Assembly (NCBI GenBank): GCA_964578845.1
Contig: CAZOEF010000001.1
Coordinates: 276,820 to 340,819, forward strand
DNA length: 64,000 nt
Direction: 5' to 3'
Origin: Candidatus Woesearchaeota archaeon
GTDB lineage: Archaea; Nanobdellota; Nanobdellia; Pacearchaeales; GW2011-AR1
Position numbers and translations under genes: made by a program. The notes under the pieces are model-generated. The model was not told the origin of the DNA, made no database searches, and saw nothing but the letters and a program-made list of their open reading frames with translations. Positions within the stretch are counted from its first letter, which is position 1. Every line of letters starts with the position of its first letter. Of this stretch, positions 9,401-18,217 are shown piece after piece.

Positions 9401-10060
9401 ATGAATCCTGATAATGAATTGAGCAGAAACGTGATGAAATCCGGAACTAGCATAGTCGGAATAGTATGTAAAGACGGAATAGTTATGGGTGGAGACAGAA
9501 GAGCTACGGCTGGAAATCTTATAATGGCCAAGAAGGAAAAGAAGGTTGTCCAGATAAATGATTACATCGTAGTCTCTGGAACAGGTGTCGCTTCGGATAT
9601 ATCATTAGCCCGAAGAGTATTTGCAGCTGAGTTAAAACTGAAGGAATTAAAAACAAAATCAAGACCTACAGTCAAGGAAGCTGCTGCTTTATTCGGAATG
9701 CTTACATATAGGAATATCAGATCACCTTCCATGATCCCGAGCATTGTGGGAATGCTTGTAGCAGGAGTTAATGAAGATGGGACAACAGAACTATACACAG
9801 TTGAGCCTGCCGGAGGAGTGTATTTAGTTGAAGATTATGACGCTAACTTCTCTTCTGGAATGCCTTTCATTCTAGGATTACTGGAAAGGCAATGGAGGCC
9901 TGATATGAATATCGAAGAAGGTGTTGAGCTTGCGTCAGAATCATTGAAATCCTCAACGCAGAGAGATAATGCTTCAGGAAATGGAATAGATGTTTTCACA
10001 TTGACTAAAGATGGAATAAAGCACGTGGTCTCACAGGAGATCACGCCAGTATTCAAGTAA
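9401..10060 (+). CDS. psmB: proteasome subunit beta
   Basis: Propeptide followed by G|TSIVGIVCKDGIVMGGDRRAT (Thr1 context). About 219 aa. Confidence 0.95.
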   Translation: MNPDNELSRNVMKSGTSIVGIVCKDGIVMGGDRRATAGNLIMAKKEKKVVQINDYIVVSGTGVASDISLARRVFAAELKLKELKTKSRPTVKEAAALFGMLTYRNIRSPSMIPSIVGMLVAGVNEDGTTELYTVEPAGGVYLVEDYDANFSSGMPFILGLLERQWRPDMNIEEGVELASESLKSSTQRDNASGNGIDVFTLTKDGIKHVVSQEITPVFK

Positions 10061-10070
10061 TTTTAATAAA

Positions 10071-11963
10071 ATGCCAGATATCTTAAAGAATATAAAAGAT
10101 GAATTACCTAATGTAATCAGCGATGCAATCTTTGAAGCAGCTAATATAGTCCTTTATACAAATGATAAGGATTTCTTCAAGAATGGCGAAGATAAAATAA
10201 AGGAAGTTGTTAATAAAATAAAAAAAAGGATTGAGCTGAGAGCTGATTCTAAAATACTTATCTCAGAAGAAGATACTGAAAAGACCATCCGTGAATTAGT
10301 CCCGGAAGAGGCCGAGATAACAAATATAATTTTTGATCCTCAGAGAAGCGTTGTCATCATCGAGGCTAAAAAACCAGGCTTAGTGATAGGAAAAGGCGGA
10401 TCCATACTTAACTCAATAAGGAATTCCACAATGTGGCTTGCGCAAGTACAGAGAAGCCCAGCACTACAGTCAAGGATAACTGAAAAGATAAGATCAGTAC
10501 TTTATGCGAATAATACTTACAGAAAGAAATTTATGAACCAGATCGGGGAGAAGATCTACAAGGACTGGAGCCCTGAAAAAATGGACATGTGGGTGAGGCT
10601 GACTTATTTAGGAAGCGGCAGGCAGGTCGGAAGATCGTGTTTGTTATTACAGACTCCTAACTCCAAAATATTATTAGATTGCGGAATAAATCCTGGAATC
10701 GCTGACGGACCTGAAAGGTTTCCTTACCTGAATGTTCCTGAAGTCGGTGATTTGAATACTATTGACGCGATCATTTTATCTCACGCCCATACTGATCATT
10801 CTGGATTAATACCTTACTTATATAAAATGGGCTACAAGGGCCCTGTCTATATGACTCCTCCAACAAGAGATATAGCTTCGCTATTATCTTTGGATTTTGT
10901 GGGAGTTGCTTACAAACAAGCTTCAGCACCGTTATTCAAGGCTGAAGATGTCAAAGAAATGGTAAGGCACTCTATTTGCTTAAACTACGGTGAAGTGTCT
11001 GATATAACTCCGGATATAAGGATAACAATGTATAATGCAGGGCATGTTTTAGGAAGTGCAGTAGTGCATATCAATATAGGAAACGGATTGCATAATTTTG
11101 TATATTCAGCAGACACGAATTATCGAAGGACAAGATTACTAGACCCTGCAGTGAACCAGTTCCCTAGAGTGGAGACTTTGACCTTAGAATCAACTTACGG
11201 ATCTAAAGACGACGTCCTGCCTCCGAGAAGAGAGACTGAAGACCAATTCATAGAATTAGCTAATAAAGTCATAAACAGAAAAGGGAAGATATTGCTTCCT
11301 GAACTAGGTTTAGGGCACGCGCAGGAAACAGTGCTTAGAGTCGAAGAGGCAATAAGAACTGGTAAACTACCTAATATTCCTGTTTATTTAGATGGAATGC
11401 TCTGGGATATTACTGCTATCCACACAGCTTACCCTGACTTTTTGTCTAGCGCTGTAAGAAACCAGATATTTCAAGATAATAACCCTTTCACTTCTGAGAC
11501 ATTCAGAAGGGTAGGGTCTCCTGCTGAAAGGAAGGAAGTAATTGAGGGAGGGCCTTGCATAGTCATAGCAACTTCGGGAATGTTGGTCGGTGGAGCATCA
11601 GTGGAATATTTCAAACAATGGGCTGATGATCCGAGAAATTTGATAGTTTTCGGATGTTATCAAGCTCCGAGCTCTCTAGGAAGGGCTGTACAGGAAGGAA
11701 ACAAGATAGTACAGATAGATAAGAATTACGGCGGGGAGACTGTCGAAGTAAAAATGGAAGTGAAAACACTTAATGGACTATCTGCACACTCAGGAAGAGG
11801 TGACCTGATGCAATATGTCAGCAGGATGAATCCTAAACCTAAGAGAATCATATTAAATCACGGGGAACAGTCCAAGTGTTTGGATTTAGCCTCAAGCATC
11901 TACAAGCAAAATAGGGTCGAGACAACAGTGCCAAGAAATCTTGAGACAATAAGGCTGAAGTAG
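10071..11963 (+). CDS. aCPSF1/FttA-type KH + beta-CASP ribonuclease (transcription termination factor)
   Basis: N-terminal KH motif VIGKGGSILNSIR, MBL motif SHAHTDHSG, 630 aa. The psmB-aCPSF1 adjacency is conserved in archaea. Confidence 0.9.
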   Translation: MPDILKNIKDELPNVISDAIFEAANIVLYTNDKDFFKNGEDKIKEVVNKIKKRIELRADSKILISEEDTEKTIRELVPEEAEITNIIFDPQRSVVIIEAKKPGLVIGKGGSILNSIRNSTMWLAQVQRSPALQSRITEKIRSVLYANNTYRKKFMNQIGEKIYKDWSPEKMDMWVRLTYLGSGRQVGRSCLLLQTPNSKILLDCGINPGIADGPERFPYLNVPEVGDLNTIDAIILSHAHTDHSGLIPYLYKMGYKGPVYMTPPTRDIASLLSLDFVGVAYKQASAPLFKAEDVKEMVRHSICLNYGEVSDITPDIRITMYNAGHVLGSAVVHINIGNGLHNFVYSADTNYRRTRLLDPAVNQFPRVETLTLESTYGSKDDVLPPRRETEDQFIELANKVINRKGKILLPELGLGHAQETVLRVEEAIRTGKLPNIPVYLDGMLWDITAIHTAYPDFLSSAVRNQIFQDNNPFTSETFRRVGSPAERKEVIEGGPCIVIATSGMLVGGASVEYFKQWADDPRNLIVFGCYQAPSSLGRAVQEGNKIVQIDKNYGGETVEVKMEVKTLNGLSAHSGRGDLMQYVSRMNPKPKRIILNHGEQSKCLDLASSIYKQNRVETTVPRNLETIRLK

Positions 11964-12001
11964 CTAACAATTAAAAACCCCTTTTCACTTATTTCCTGAT
12001 A

Positions 12002-12940
12002 ATGAAACATACTGTTAAAATCACATTAATACTTATATCAATGTTCTTTGTAGCGCAGTTGATAGGAATATTTGTTGCTAATGCTTATTCTCCTGAGGTG
12101 AAGCAGGTAGTCAATGAGACAACAGGAGAAGTGACTAATATCACTCAATATGACCTGCCTTATGGATTAGAACCGCCACAGGACGTGACACCCCAGACTT
12201 CAATATTCTCTATATTAATAGCATTGTTTATTGCTGTTGTGCTGATGCTTACTTTGATGAAATTAAAAGCAGAAACATTCCTTAGGCTATGGTTTTTAGT
12301 TGTAGTCACGCTAGGAATAGCCATAGCTATAAATGCTCTACTTATCGGAATCAAATATTCAGCAATAGTAGCTTTGATAATTGCAGTTCCTTTAGGAATA
12401 ATAAAGATATTCCAGAGAAATATCTATGTGCATAATGCGACTGAGTTATTGATATATCCTGGAATAGCTACAGTATTCATTCCATTATTGAATGTCTGGA
12501 CTGTTGTGATATTATTGTTCCTGATTTCAATTTACGATATGTATGCTGTATGGCACGCAGGATTCATGCAGAAGATGGCTAAATACCAGATTGAAAAAGT
12601 AAGAGTATTTTCAGGATTTTTTGTTCCTTACCTAGGGCCAAAGGAAAAACAAAAAATAAAGAAGATGAAATTAAGTAAATCTAAGAAAGGGAAAGACCAG
12701 AAGGTTGGAGTCAATGTAGCGATATTAGGCGGAGGAGATGTAGTATTCCCTATATTATTGTCAGGAGTTGTACTGAATGCATGGGGAGTAATACCTGCAT
12801 TGATCATAGCTGTCGGAGCAACAGTAGCTTTAGCAGGATTATTCTATATCTCAAAGAAAGGCAAGTTCTATCCTGCAATGCCGTTTATTTCTGCGGGATG
12901 TTTGGTAGCTTTGGGGATCGCTTATTTAGTCCAATTTTAA
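12002..12940 (+). CDS. presenilin/signal-peptide-peptidase family (A22, GxGD) intramembrane aspartyl protease
   Basis: Polytopic membrane protein with YD (SIYDMYAVW), GxGD (LGGGDVVFP) and PAL (VIPALII) motifs in the canonical order. Confidence 0.75.
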   Translation: MKHTVKITLILISMFFVAQLIGIFVANAYSPEVKQVVNETTGEVTNITQYDLPYGLEPPQDVTPQTSIFSILIALFIAVVLMLTLMKLKAETFLRLWFLVVVTLGIAIAINALLIGIKYSAIVALIIAVPLGIIKIFQRNIYVHNATELLIYPGIATVFIPLLNVWTVVILLFLISIYDMYAVWHAGFMQKMAKYQIEKVRVFSGFFVPYLGPKEKQKIKKMKLSKSKKGKDQKVGVNVAILGGGDVVFPILLSGVVLNAWGVIPALIIAVGATVALAGLFYISKKGKFYPAMPFISAGCLVALGIAYLVQF

Positions 12941-13101
12941 TATTGGGACAATTATACCACTAGTTAAATTTCTTATCGCATCTTCAGGAATTGGCCTCAT
13001 GGCTGCAGACCGCTGATAAGGAACAATAATTGGAACAGATTCTCCATTATTTAAATTTATTCTTTAAATTACCCTTCTTTAGTTACAACATTATAGAAAG
13101 G

Positions 13102-13109
13102 TTTATATA
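13102..13109 (+). promoter_or_regulatory. TATA box (TTTATATA) about 26 nt upstream of the trmB-like ATG; implies a leaderless mRNA
   Basis: aaaggTTTATATAgtg is centred about 26 nt before the ATG at 13132. No SD sequence lies between them. Confidence 0.45.
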
Positions 13110-13131
13110 GTGATATTTTTGTTACTTTCGT

Positions 13132-13905
13132 ATGATAATAAAGTCTGAACTTGTCAAAAGGATCAAGGATTATTTTGGCCTGAATATTTATGAGACAAAG
13201 GTATGGCTAGCTTTGCTTTCCAAAGGAGTGGTCTCTGCTGGAGAAACAGCTGAATTATCAGGAGTGCCAAGATCTAGAACCTATGACGTATTAGAATCAC
13301 TAGCAAAAAGAGGCTTTGCAATAGTAAAAGTAGGAAAGCCTGTAAAATACATCGCAGTTGATCCACAGACAGTCATAGAAAAGATGAAGACTCAGACACT
13401 TAGTGAAGCTCAGGAAAAAGTAGATAGATTAGTAAATCTCAAAGACACAGCAGAATATGAGGAATTAGAGCAATTGCATAAGACTGGAATAACTCCTGTC
13501 AAGCCTGAAGACTTATCAGGACATGTTAAAGGAAGAGCTAATGTGTTATCAAAATTAAGAGAATTGACCGGAAAGACAGAAAAAGAGCTGAACATCTGCA
13601 CATCAGCCACAGATTTTGAGGATAAATCAAGAGTATTATTGCCTGCATTAGATAAGCTAAATAAGCAGAATGTTAAGGTCAAAATAGCTTTATCAGGAGA
13701 TCTTGACAGGATAAAAAGGCTATTAATGAAAAACAACCTGAAAGTAAAGCCTACAAACAACACAGGAAGATTTTTTGTATCTGACAGGAAAGAAGCATTG
13801 TTTATGATAAATTCTGAAAATGCAGATGAAGAAGCAGGAATCTGGCTTACTTCCCAAAATTTTGCAGGATCATTATCTATAATGTTTGATGCCCATATCA
13901 AGTAA
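13132..13905 (+). CDS. TrmB-family transcriptional regulator
   Basis: The N-terminal wHTH ETKVWLALLSKGVVSAGETAELSGVPRSRTYDVLESLAKRGF is typical of TrmB. Confidence 0.8.
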   Translation: MIIKSELVKRIKDYFGLNIYETKVWLALLSKGVVSAGETAELSGVPRSRTYDVLESLAKRGFAIVKVGKPVKYIAVDPQTVIEKMKTQTLSEAQEKVDRLVNLKDTAEYEELEQLHKTGITPVKPEDLSGHVKGRANVLSKLRELTGKTEKELNICTSATDFEDKSRVLLPALDKLNKQNVKVKIALSGDLDRIKRLLMKNNLKVKPTNNTGRFFVSDRKEALFMINSENADEEAGIWLTSQNFAGSLSIMFDAHIK

Positions 13906-13971
13906 TCTCATTTTTTAGACCGTACTATTTTCGGGACTCTGATTAAAATATAATCTTTAGTGAATTAACTC

Positions 13972-15279
13972 ATGGTTTCACTTGAAGATTTGATTATAGA
14001 AACAGATCTTTTGGCAAATATTCCTGAAAAGGAGCAAAATACCCTTAGAATAAAATATCCCATAAAGGACAGGATTCTTCTTGATTTTTTAGCAGGAAAG
14101 TCTTTGCAAGATTATAATAGGGCAATTAATGGAAAAGATCACTTAGAGCTATTGAGCCATAATTGCATGGACTCATTTAATGAAGTACAGCTAATGACTC
14201 CTATGAAACAGTTATCAATGCTGGCTTATCAGACCCTGATATGCTCAAAGGAGGTAAGGAGTATGCTTCCTTCAAAAGCCTCGCAAGAAACTAAAAAAAG
14301 AGCATTGCTCCTGGATAGCTTATTAAATGAATTAACAGAAGAGAGAAAGGCAAAAGCATTATGCAATGATGTTAATGAATCAGTAAAAGAAGCTTGCCTA
14401 TTATATATAATCCAAAAAACCTGCTTAAGAATAGGGAATGAAAATTCAGATATAGATAATTTCAACAAAAATCTTGGAAAGCTTGATATTCCCGATGGAA
14501 TTAAAAAATATAGCCAATACCTGCAAGACTCCCCTCCACAAATAGAATTAAGCATGGACCTAGAAGCTTCTCGGCTTTTAGAAATAAGGAAACAACTGCT
14601 TGATTCAAGCAGGGAATTATTGATTGAAAAAGTTAGAAATGAATATGGAGTGTATAGAAAAGAGTGTGAAAATATAGAAAAATTTGCAGAAAGATTACTA
14701 AAACCATCCCCTCAGCGGCAAGATATAAATGAACTAAAAAAAGTGATGGCCAGAGTAAATAGCATCTCAAAGGCTGAGAAAAAAATGAGAAGTGCAATCA
14801 ATTCTATTAGATTAGATGTCCCTGACCCTTGTATCCCTGAATATCTGGAAAGATTAGGTAAGACAATTACAAAGCTCAATGATGAATGCGATGAATATGT
14901 TTCCAAAAGCCCAAAAATACGCAGGATGATAAGAGAATTGCCCCGCATCAAAACAGAGTTCATAGGGTATTTGCAAAAAAATAGATTTTCCCGCTGCAAA
15001 AGAATAATCACAGATATTGAGTCAAGAGAAACCAAAACGAGCGATAATATGTATCTCGCTCCTATTTTGGAAGAAACGAATTACTTGTTAGATGACTTCT
15101 CAAAGGCAGCAATTGAAAATATGTCAAAGAAAGATGAGAAAATTTCACTGGAAATAGAAAGTTTTAGGTTGAAAAGAAATGGTTTTCTTGAAAGATTGAG
15201 CTCTTATATGGGAATTAGAGCGCTTGAGAAGCAAAGAAAAAATCTAATAGAATTAAGCAGAATGGTTACTTCTTTTTGA
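13972..15279 (+). CDS. hypothetical 435-aa helical protein
   Basis: Long ORF rich in K/E/L and helical in character. No TM helix and no recognisable catalytic motif. Its 3' end overlaps the convergent gene by 14 nt. Confidence 0.6.
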   Translation: MVSLEDLIIETDLLANIPEKEQNTLRIKYPIKDRILLDFLAGKSLQDYNRAINGKDHLELLSHNCMDSFNEVQLMTPMKQLSMLAYQTLICSKEVRSMLPSKASQETKKRALLLDSLLNELTEERKAKALCNDVNESVKEACLLYIIQKTCLRIGNENSDIDNFNKNLGKLDIPDGIKKYSQYLQDSPPQIELSMDLEASRLLEIRKQLLDSSRELLIEKVRNEYGVYRKECENIEKFAERLLKPSPQRQDINELKKVMARVNSISKAEKKMRSAINSIRLDVPDPCIPEYLERLGKTITKLNDECDEYVSKSPKIRRMIRELPRIKTEFIGYLQKNRFSRCKRIITDIESRETKTSDNMYLAPILEETNYLLDDFSKAAIENMSKKDEKISLEIESFRLKRNGFLERLSSYMGIRALEKQRKNLIELSRMVTSF

Positions 15280-16768
15280 CTTCTATCTTGAATCCGTCTT
15301 TTGCTCCCTCTAGCCCTACCCAATTAACAGCAGGGCCGCAATCACCTAATGCCCTGCAGACGTCTTTTCTCTCTTTTTCCCAGGTATCATCTAAGCATTC
15401 ACAATTATCCTTGCAAGACTCTCCACCGAATAATCCTTTTTCGAATGTGACTACACAGAGAGCATTTCCCTGGGCGCAGATCTGCTGGGCTTCAGTTCCT
15501 TCCCAGAAGTTTAATCCTGGAGGGTTCTTAGGCAAGCAGGCTCCATTAGCTGTTGAATTCCCTAATGTGACTCCCTCTTTCCAGATGCAGTCCCTTCTAT
15601 CAGTATTCTCGCAATCCTGCTGGTCTGTCTGGGCTACGCAATCCTGCCATCTGTTTACTCTGCAGGCTGCCTGAGAGAAACCATTTATGTCATCCTGAAT
15701 GCACTCTTCTGCACGGAAATCTGAGCAAGCTTCGACAACTTCTTCCCCATTTATGCAGATATGTTTGTAGAACCTGCTTCCAACTGAATTCTCTCCCACT
15801 CCTGTCTCTCCTGCATCATCATATACACACCAGCTCTCGCCGTGCTTGTAGTTATTGCCATTTGAGGTGTCTTCACAATTCAGGTCAGCGCAAATGAAAT
15901 CTCCGTAAGTAGGATTTCCTCCTGCAACTTCCTCGGACCTGCAGAAGCTTCCTTCAAGATAATTACAATTACCGCATGACGCGCTTCCGGCGTTAGCACT
16001 TCCTGGAGAGCAGCTTTCATCCTTAGACTTTACATTTGTCCAATATTCCTGGTCGTTCACTTTGGAAGCATCATAAATATTAGCAGGATTCCCGCATGTA
16101 TCTACGAAATAAACTTCATCTTTTCCGGGCATGCAAATTGTTTGCGTTGATGGGCCGCAGTTAGTGCCGAGCTCTTCTGCTGAACATAATTTATCCTTGA
16201 AGAAAGTTCCTGAACTTATTGTCCCGTTAGCTGTTGAAGATGAACCCTCACATTCTGCCCTCGTTGAGAATTTGCAGGTCCTCTCAAATTCAAATTCATA
16301 GACGCAGGCCCCTTTATCCTGATTCTGAACAGAAGCTATGCAGGACAATTCGTCATTTATGCCAGTATCATAATTTGTTTCAAGGCCTAAGGAAGCTGAT
16401 AATTTCTTACATCTGACTAAAGAGACAAAGGCAGCCTGATCCCCTAACATGCAGCAGCCTAGTTCGCATTGAGGAGGGGATTCTTCGCTCCAGACTCCTC
16501 CGTTCTCATTGCATACCAACTGAGGAGTATTATCTAAACAAGTCCCTTCGGTAGAATCATAACAAGTTCCCACCTTACAGAAACTAGTTGAATCACAACT
16601 TGTCGGCACTTGCCTTGAACCTGGAGCGCATTCATTGGCAGGAACATCCTGACAGTATGCACCAGTATTTGTCTGCTCGCAGCAAACAGTGCTCTGCTGG
16701 GCTGAGACTAGAGATATTGCGAATAAGAAAACTATTGCGGTCAATATTGAAAATATTCTTTTATTCAT
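15266..16768 (-). CDS. secreted Cys-rich protein, paralogue of the N-terminal ectodomain of the 1231-aa protein
   Basis: Signal peptide MNKRIFSILTAIVFLFAISLVSAQQ. Collinear with residues of about 100-560 of ORF 18210-21926 (GTCYDSTEGTCLDNTP/GTCIDPTEGTCLANTP; GKDEVYFVDTCGN/GKDEVYWVDSCGN; HGESWCVYD/QGESWCVYE). Confidence 0.85.
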   Translation of the reverse strand: MNKRIFSILTAIVFLFAISLVSAQQSTVCCEQTNTGAYCQDVPANECAPGSRQVPTSCDSTSFCKVGTCYDSTEGTCLDNTPQLVCNENGGVWSEESPPQCELGCCMLGDQAAFVSLVRCKKLSASLGLETNYDTGINDELSCIASVQNQDKGACVYEFEFERTCKFSTRAECEGSSSTANGTISSGTFFKDKLCSAEELGTNCGPSTQTICMPGKDEVYFVDTCGNPANIYDASKVNDQEYWTNVKSKDESCSPGSANAGSASCGNCNYLEGSFCRSEEVAGGNPTYGDFICADLNCEDTSNGNNYKHGESWCVYDDAGETGVGENSVGSRFYKHICINGEEVVEACSDFRAEECIQDDINGFSQAACRVNRWQDCVAQTDQQDCENTDRRDCIWKEGVTLGNSTANGACLPKNPPGLNFWEGTEAQQICAQGNALCVVTFEKGLFGGESCKDNCECLDDTWEKERKDVCRALGDCGPAVNWVGLEGAKDGFKIEVKKK

Positions 16769-17052
16769 GCTGCCTCACCTCTTAGGTATTTTATCTTCTT
16801 GTCAACCCATCTAGAATGCTCGTTATCTAAAGCAACCTTGAGAACATAAGCCAAGTCTTTAAAATCAGAAGGCATCTCTGCACGGCCAATCTTTTTTTCC
16901 ATAATCCTAACCTGTTTTGAAGCTCTATGATATAATCTTTCATATATCTGATTTTCATTTGGATTAATAGGATTAGAACTATCACAAAGAGTTCCTAATT
17001 CTCTAATATCTCTAGCAATTGCACGATAGGAGATCATGTTTCTTGTACTCAT
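16765..17052 (-). CDS. hypothetical soluble 95-aa helical protein (operon member)
   Basis: 4-nt overlaps on both sides. No TM helix. Shares an ERLYH motif with the upstream 122-aa product. Confidence 0.6.
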   Translation of the reverse strand: MSTRNMISYRAIARDIRELGTLCDSSNPINPNENQIYERLYHRASKQVRIMEKKIGRAEMPSDFKDLAYVLKVALDNEHSRWVDKKIKYLRGEAA

Positions 17053-17417
17053 GCTGCCCTCCTAAACATACCTGCTCTCTGATGATATAACCTCTCAAGT
17101 TCATGAGATTCTTCTCTTAATGTTTTAAGCAATTCCCTTTCATCACCTGTGGAGTCATAATGATCTAAAAGTTTCTGCGAGATATCATAATTAATATATA
17201 GCATATGAAGAGCAGCACCCACATCAGAAATTCGGCTTATACACTCCACTACAGGCCCTACCTCATTAAATGTTTTTTGATCTGCAATTTGGAAGGAATC
17301 ACCTAAGGGAGCTAATGGTTTGCTCAACGGATTGAAGATCACATTAGAAATGAATTCTCTAGCCTCATCAATTTTCTCGCTTATCCTTTCAAAATCTTCT
17401 ATAGTATTTCCTATCAT
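17049..17417 (-). CDS. hypothetical soluble 122-aa helical protein (operon member)
   Basis: 4-nt overlaps on both sides. No TM helix. C-terminal LERLYHQRA motif. Confidence 0.6.
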   Translation of the reverse strand: MIGNTIEDFERISEKIDEAREFISNVIFNPLSKPLAPLGDSFQIADQKTFNEVGPVVECISRISDVGAALHMLYINYDISQKLLDHYDSTGDERELLKTLREESHELERLYHQRAGMFRRAA

Positions 17418-18217
17418 GCTTCCTCCAGGCCGTAACCTTGCGGCCAGACCAAGCTTCGCGATGCGAAAGTAAAACTATCCTGCGTCACTACATTGCTTAG
17501 CTTGTAAATAGTATCTCCATCCCTTTTTATCTTTTCTATTTTCAGGTCTGGATAATATTGCAAGTATAAAGTTGTTTCTGAATCGCCTAAAACAGATTCA
17601 AATTGGATAATGCTTACAGCAGTCATGAGCAAATCATAAAGCTCGCTGTCTATTCCTACAGCAAACTTCTCAAATCTTTGAGTGCTTTCCTTAGTTATTG
17701 CTGTAGGGGAAAGGAATTCAACTGATATTTTTCCAGTGTCGACATCAACATTGATTTCTCCTGGAGTTGATTGTACTGTGAAACCCCTAGATTCATAATC
17801 ATCTATCAAGTTGTTCATGCAATCCCTTGCTTTAGGCTCTACATAAGATTTTATTTCATTCTCTATGTGATTAACTAGTAAAGGCTGCTGGACTTTACAA
17901 GTCTGGTAATTCTGTGAAGTGTAGCAGAGATATTGTATCTTTTCTCCTTCGTATAGGACGAAGTTATTAGGATTTGTATATCCTCCTTGTTTGGCTAATA
18001 CATCAACTACAGTGTTTATTTCAGGCTCTATGCAATCCCTTAAGTAAGAGGCAGGATCTGTCTCCTGGCCGATATTGACTGATACAGGGCTGTTAGGCAA
18101 AAGGAAAAATATCACAACTACTGCAACTATTACAATAGCAATAATAATGAAAATAGCTACCTGACCTCTTTTATCCATTGCCAGAAAAGCCTGATTTTCT
18201 TTATAATCCTTACGCAT
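17414..18217 (-). CDS. class-III-signal (prepilin-like) protein, paralogue of ORF 21902-22675
   Basis: MDKRGQVAIFIIIAIVIVAVVVIFFLL matches the [KR]-G|Q + hydrophobic helix pattern of archaeal type IV pilins. GGAGG lies 4 nt before the ATG at 18217 (alternative start 18178). The globular part aligns with the 257-aa paralogue (QGGYTNPNNFVLY / QGGLVNPKDFVFY). Confidence 0.75.
   Translation of the reverse strand: MRKDYKENQAFLAMDKRGQVAIFIIIAIVIVAVVVIFFLLPNSPVSVNIGQETDPASYLRDCIEPEINTVVDVLAKQGGYTNPNNFVLYEGEKIQYLCYTSQNYQTCKVQQPLLVNHIENEIKSYVEPKARDCMNNLIDDYESRGFTVQSTPGEINVDVDTGKISVEFLSPTAITKESTQRFEKFAVGIDSELYDLLMTAVSIIQFESVLGDSETTLYLQYYPDLKIEKIKRDGDTIYKLSNVVTQDSFTFASRSLVWPQGYGLEEA

Noticed and set aside
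14400-14440. A CLRIGNENS segment in the 435-aa protein that recalls the (R/K)xGNE motif of type IB topoisomerases.
   Set aside because: No other TopIB catalytic signature (the R-K-R-H pentad or the SKxxY tyrosine) can be found. The protein looks all-helical and low in conservation. It was treated as a chance match.
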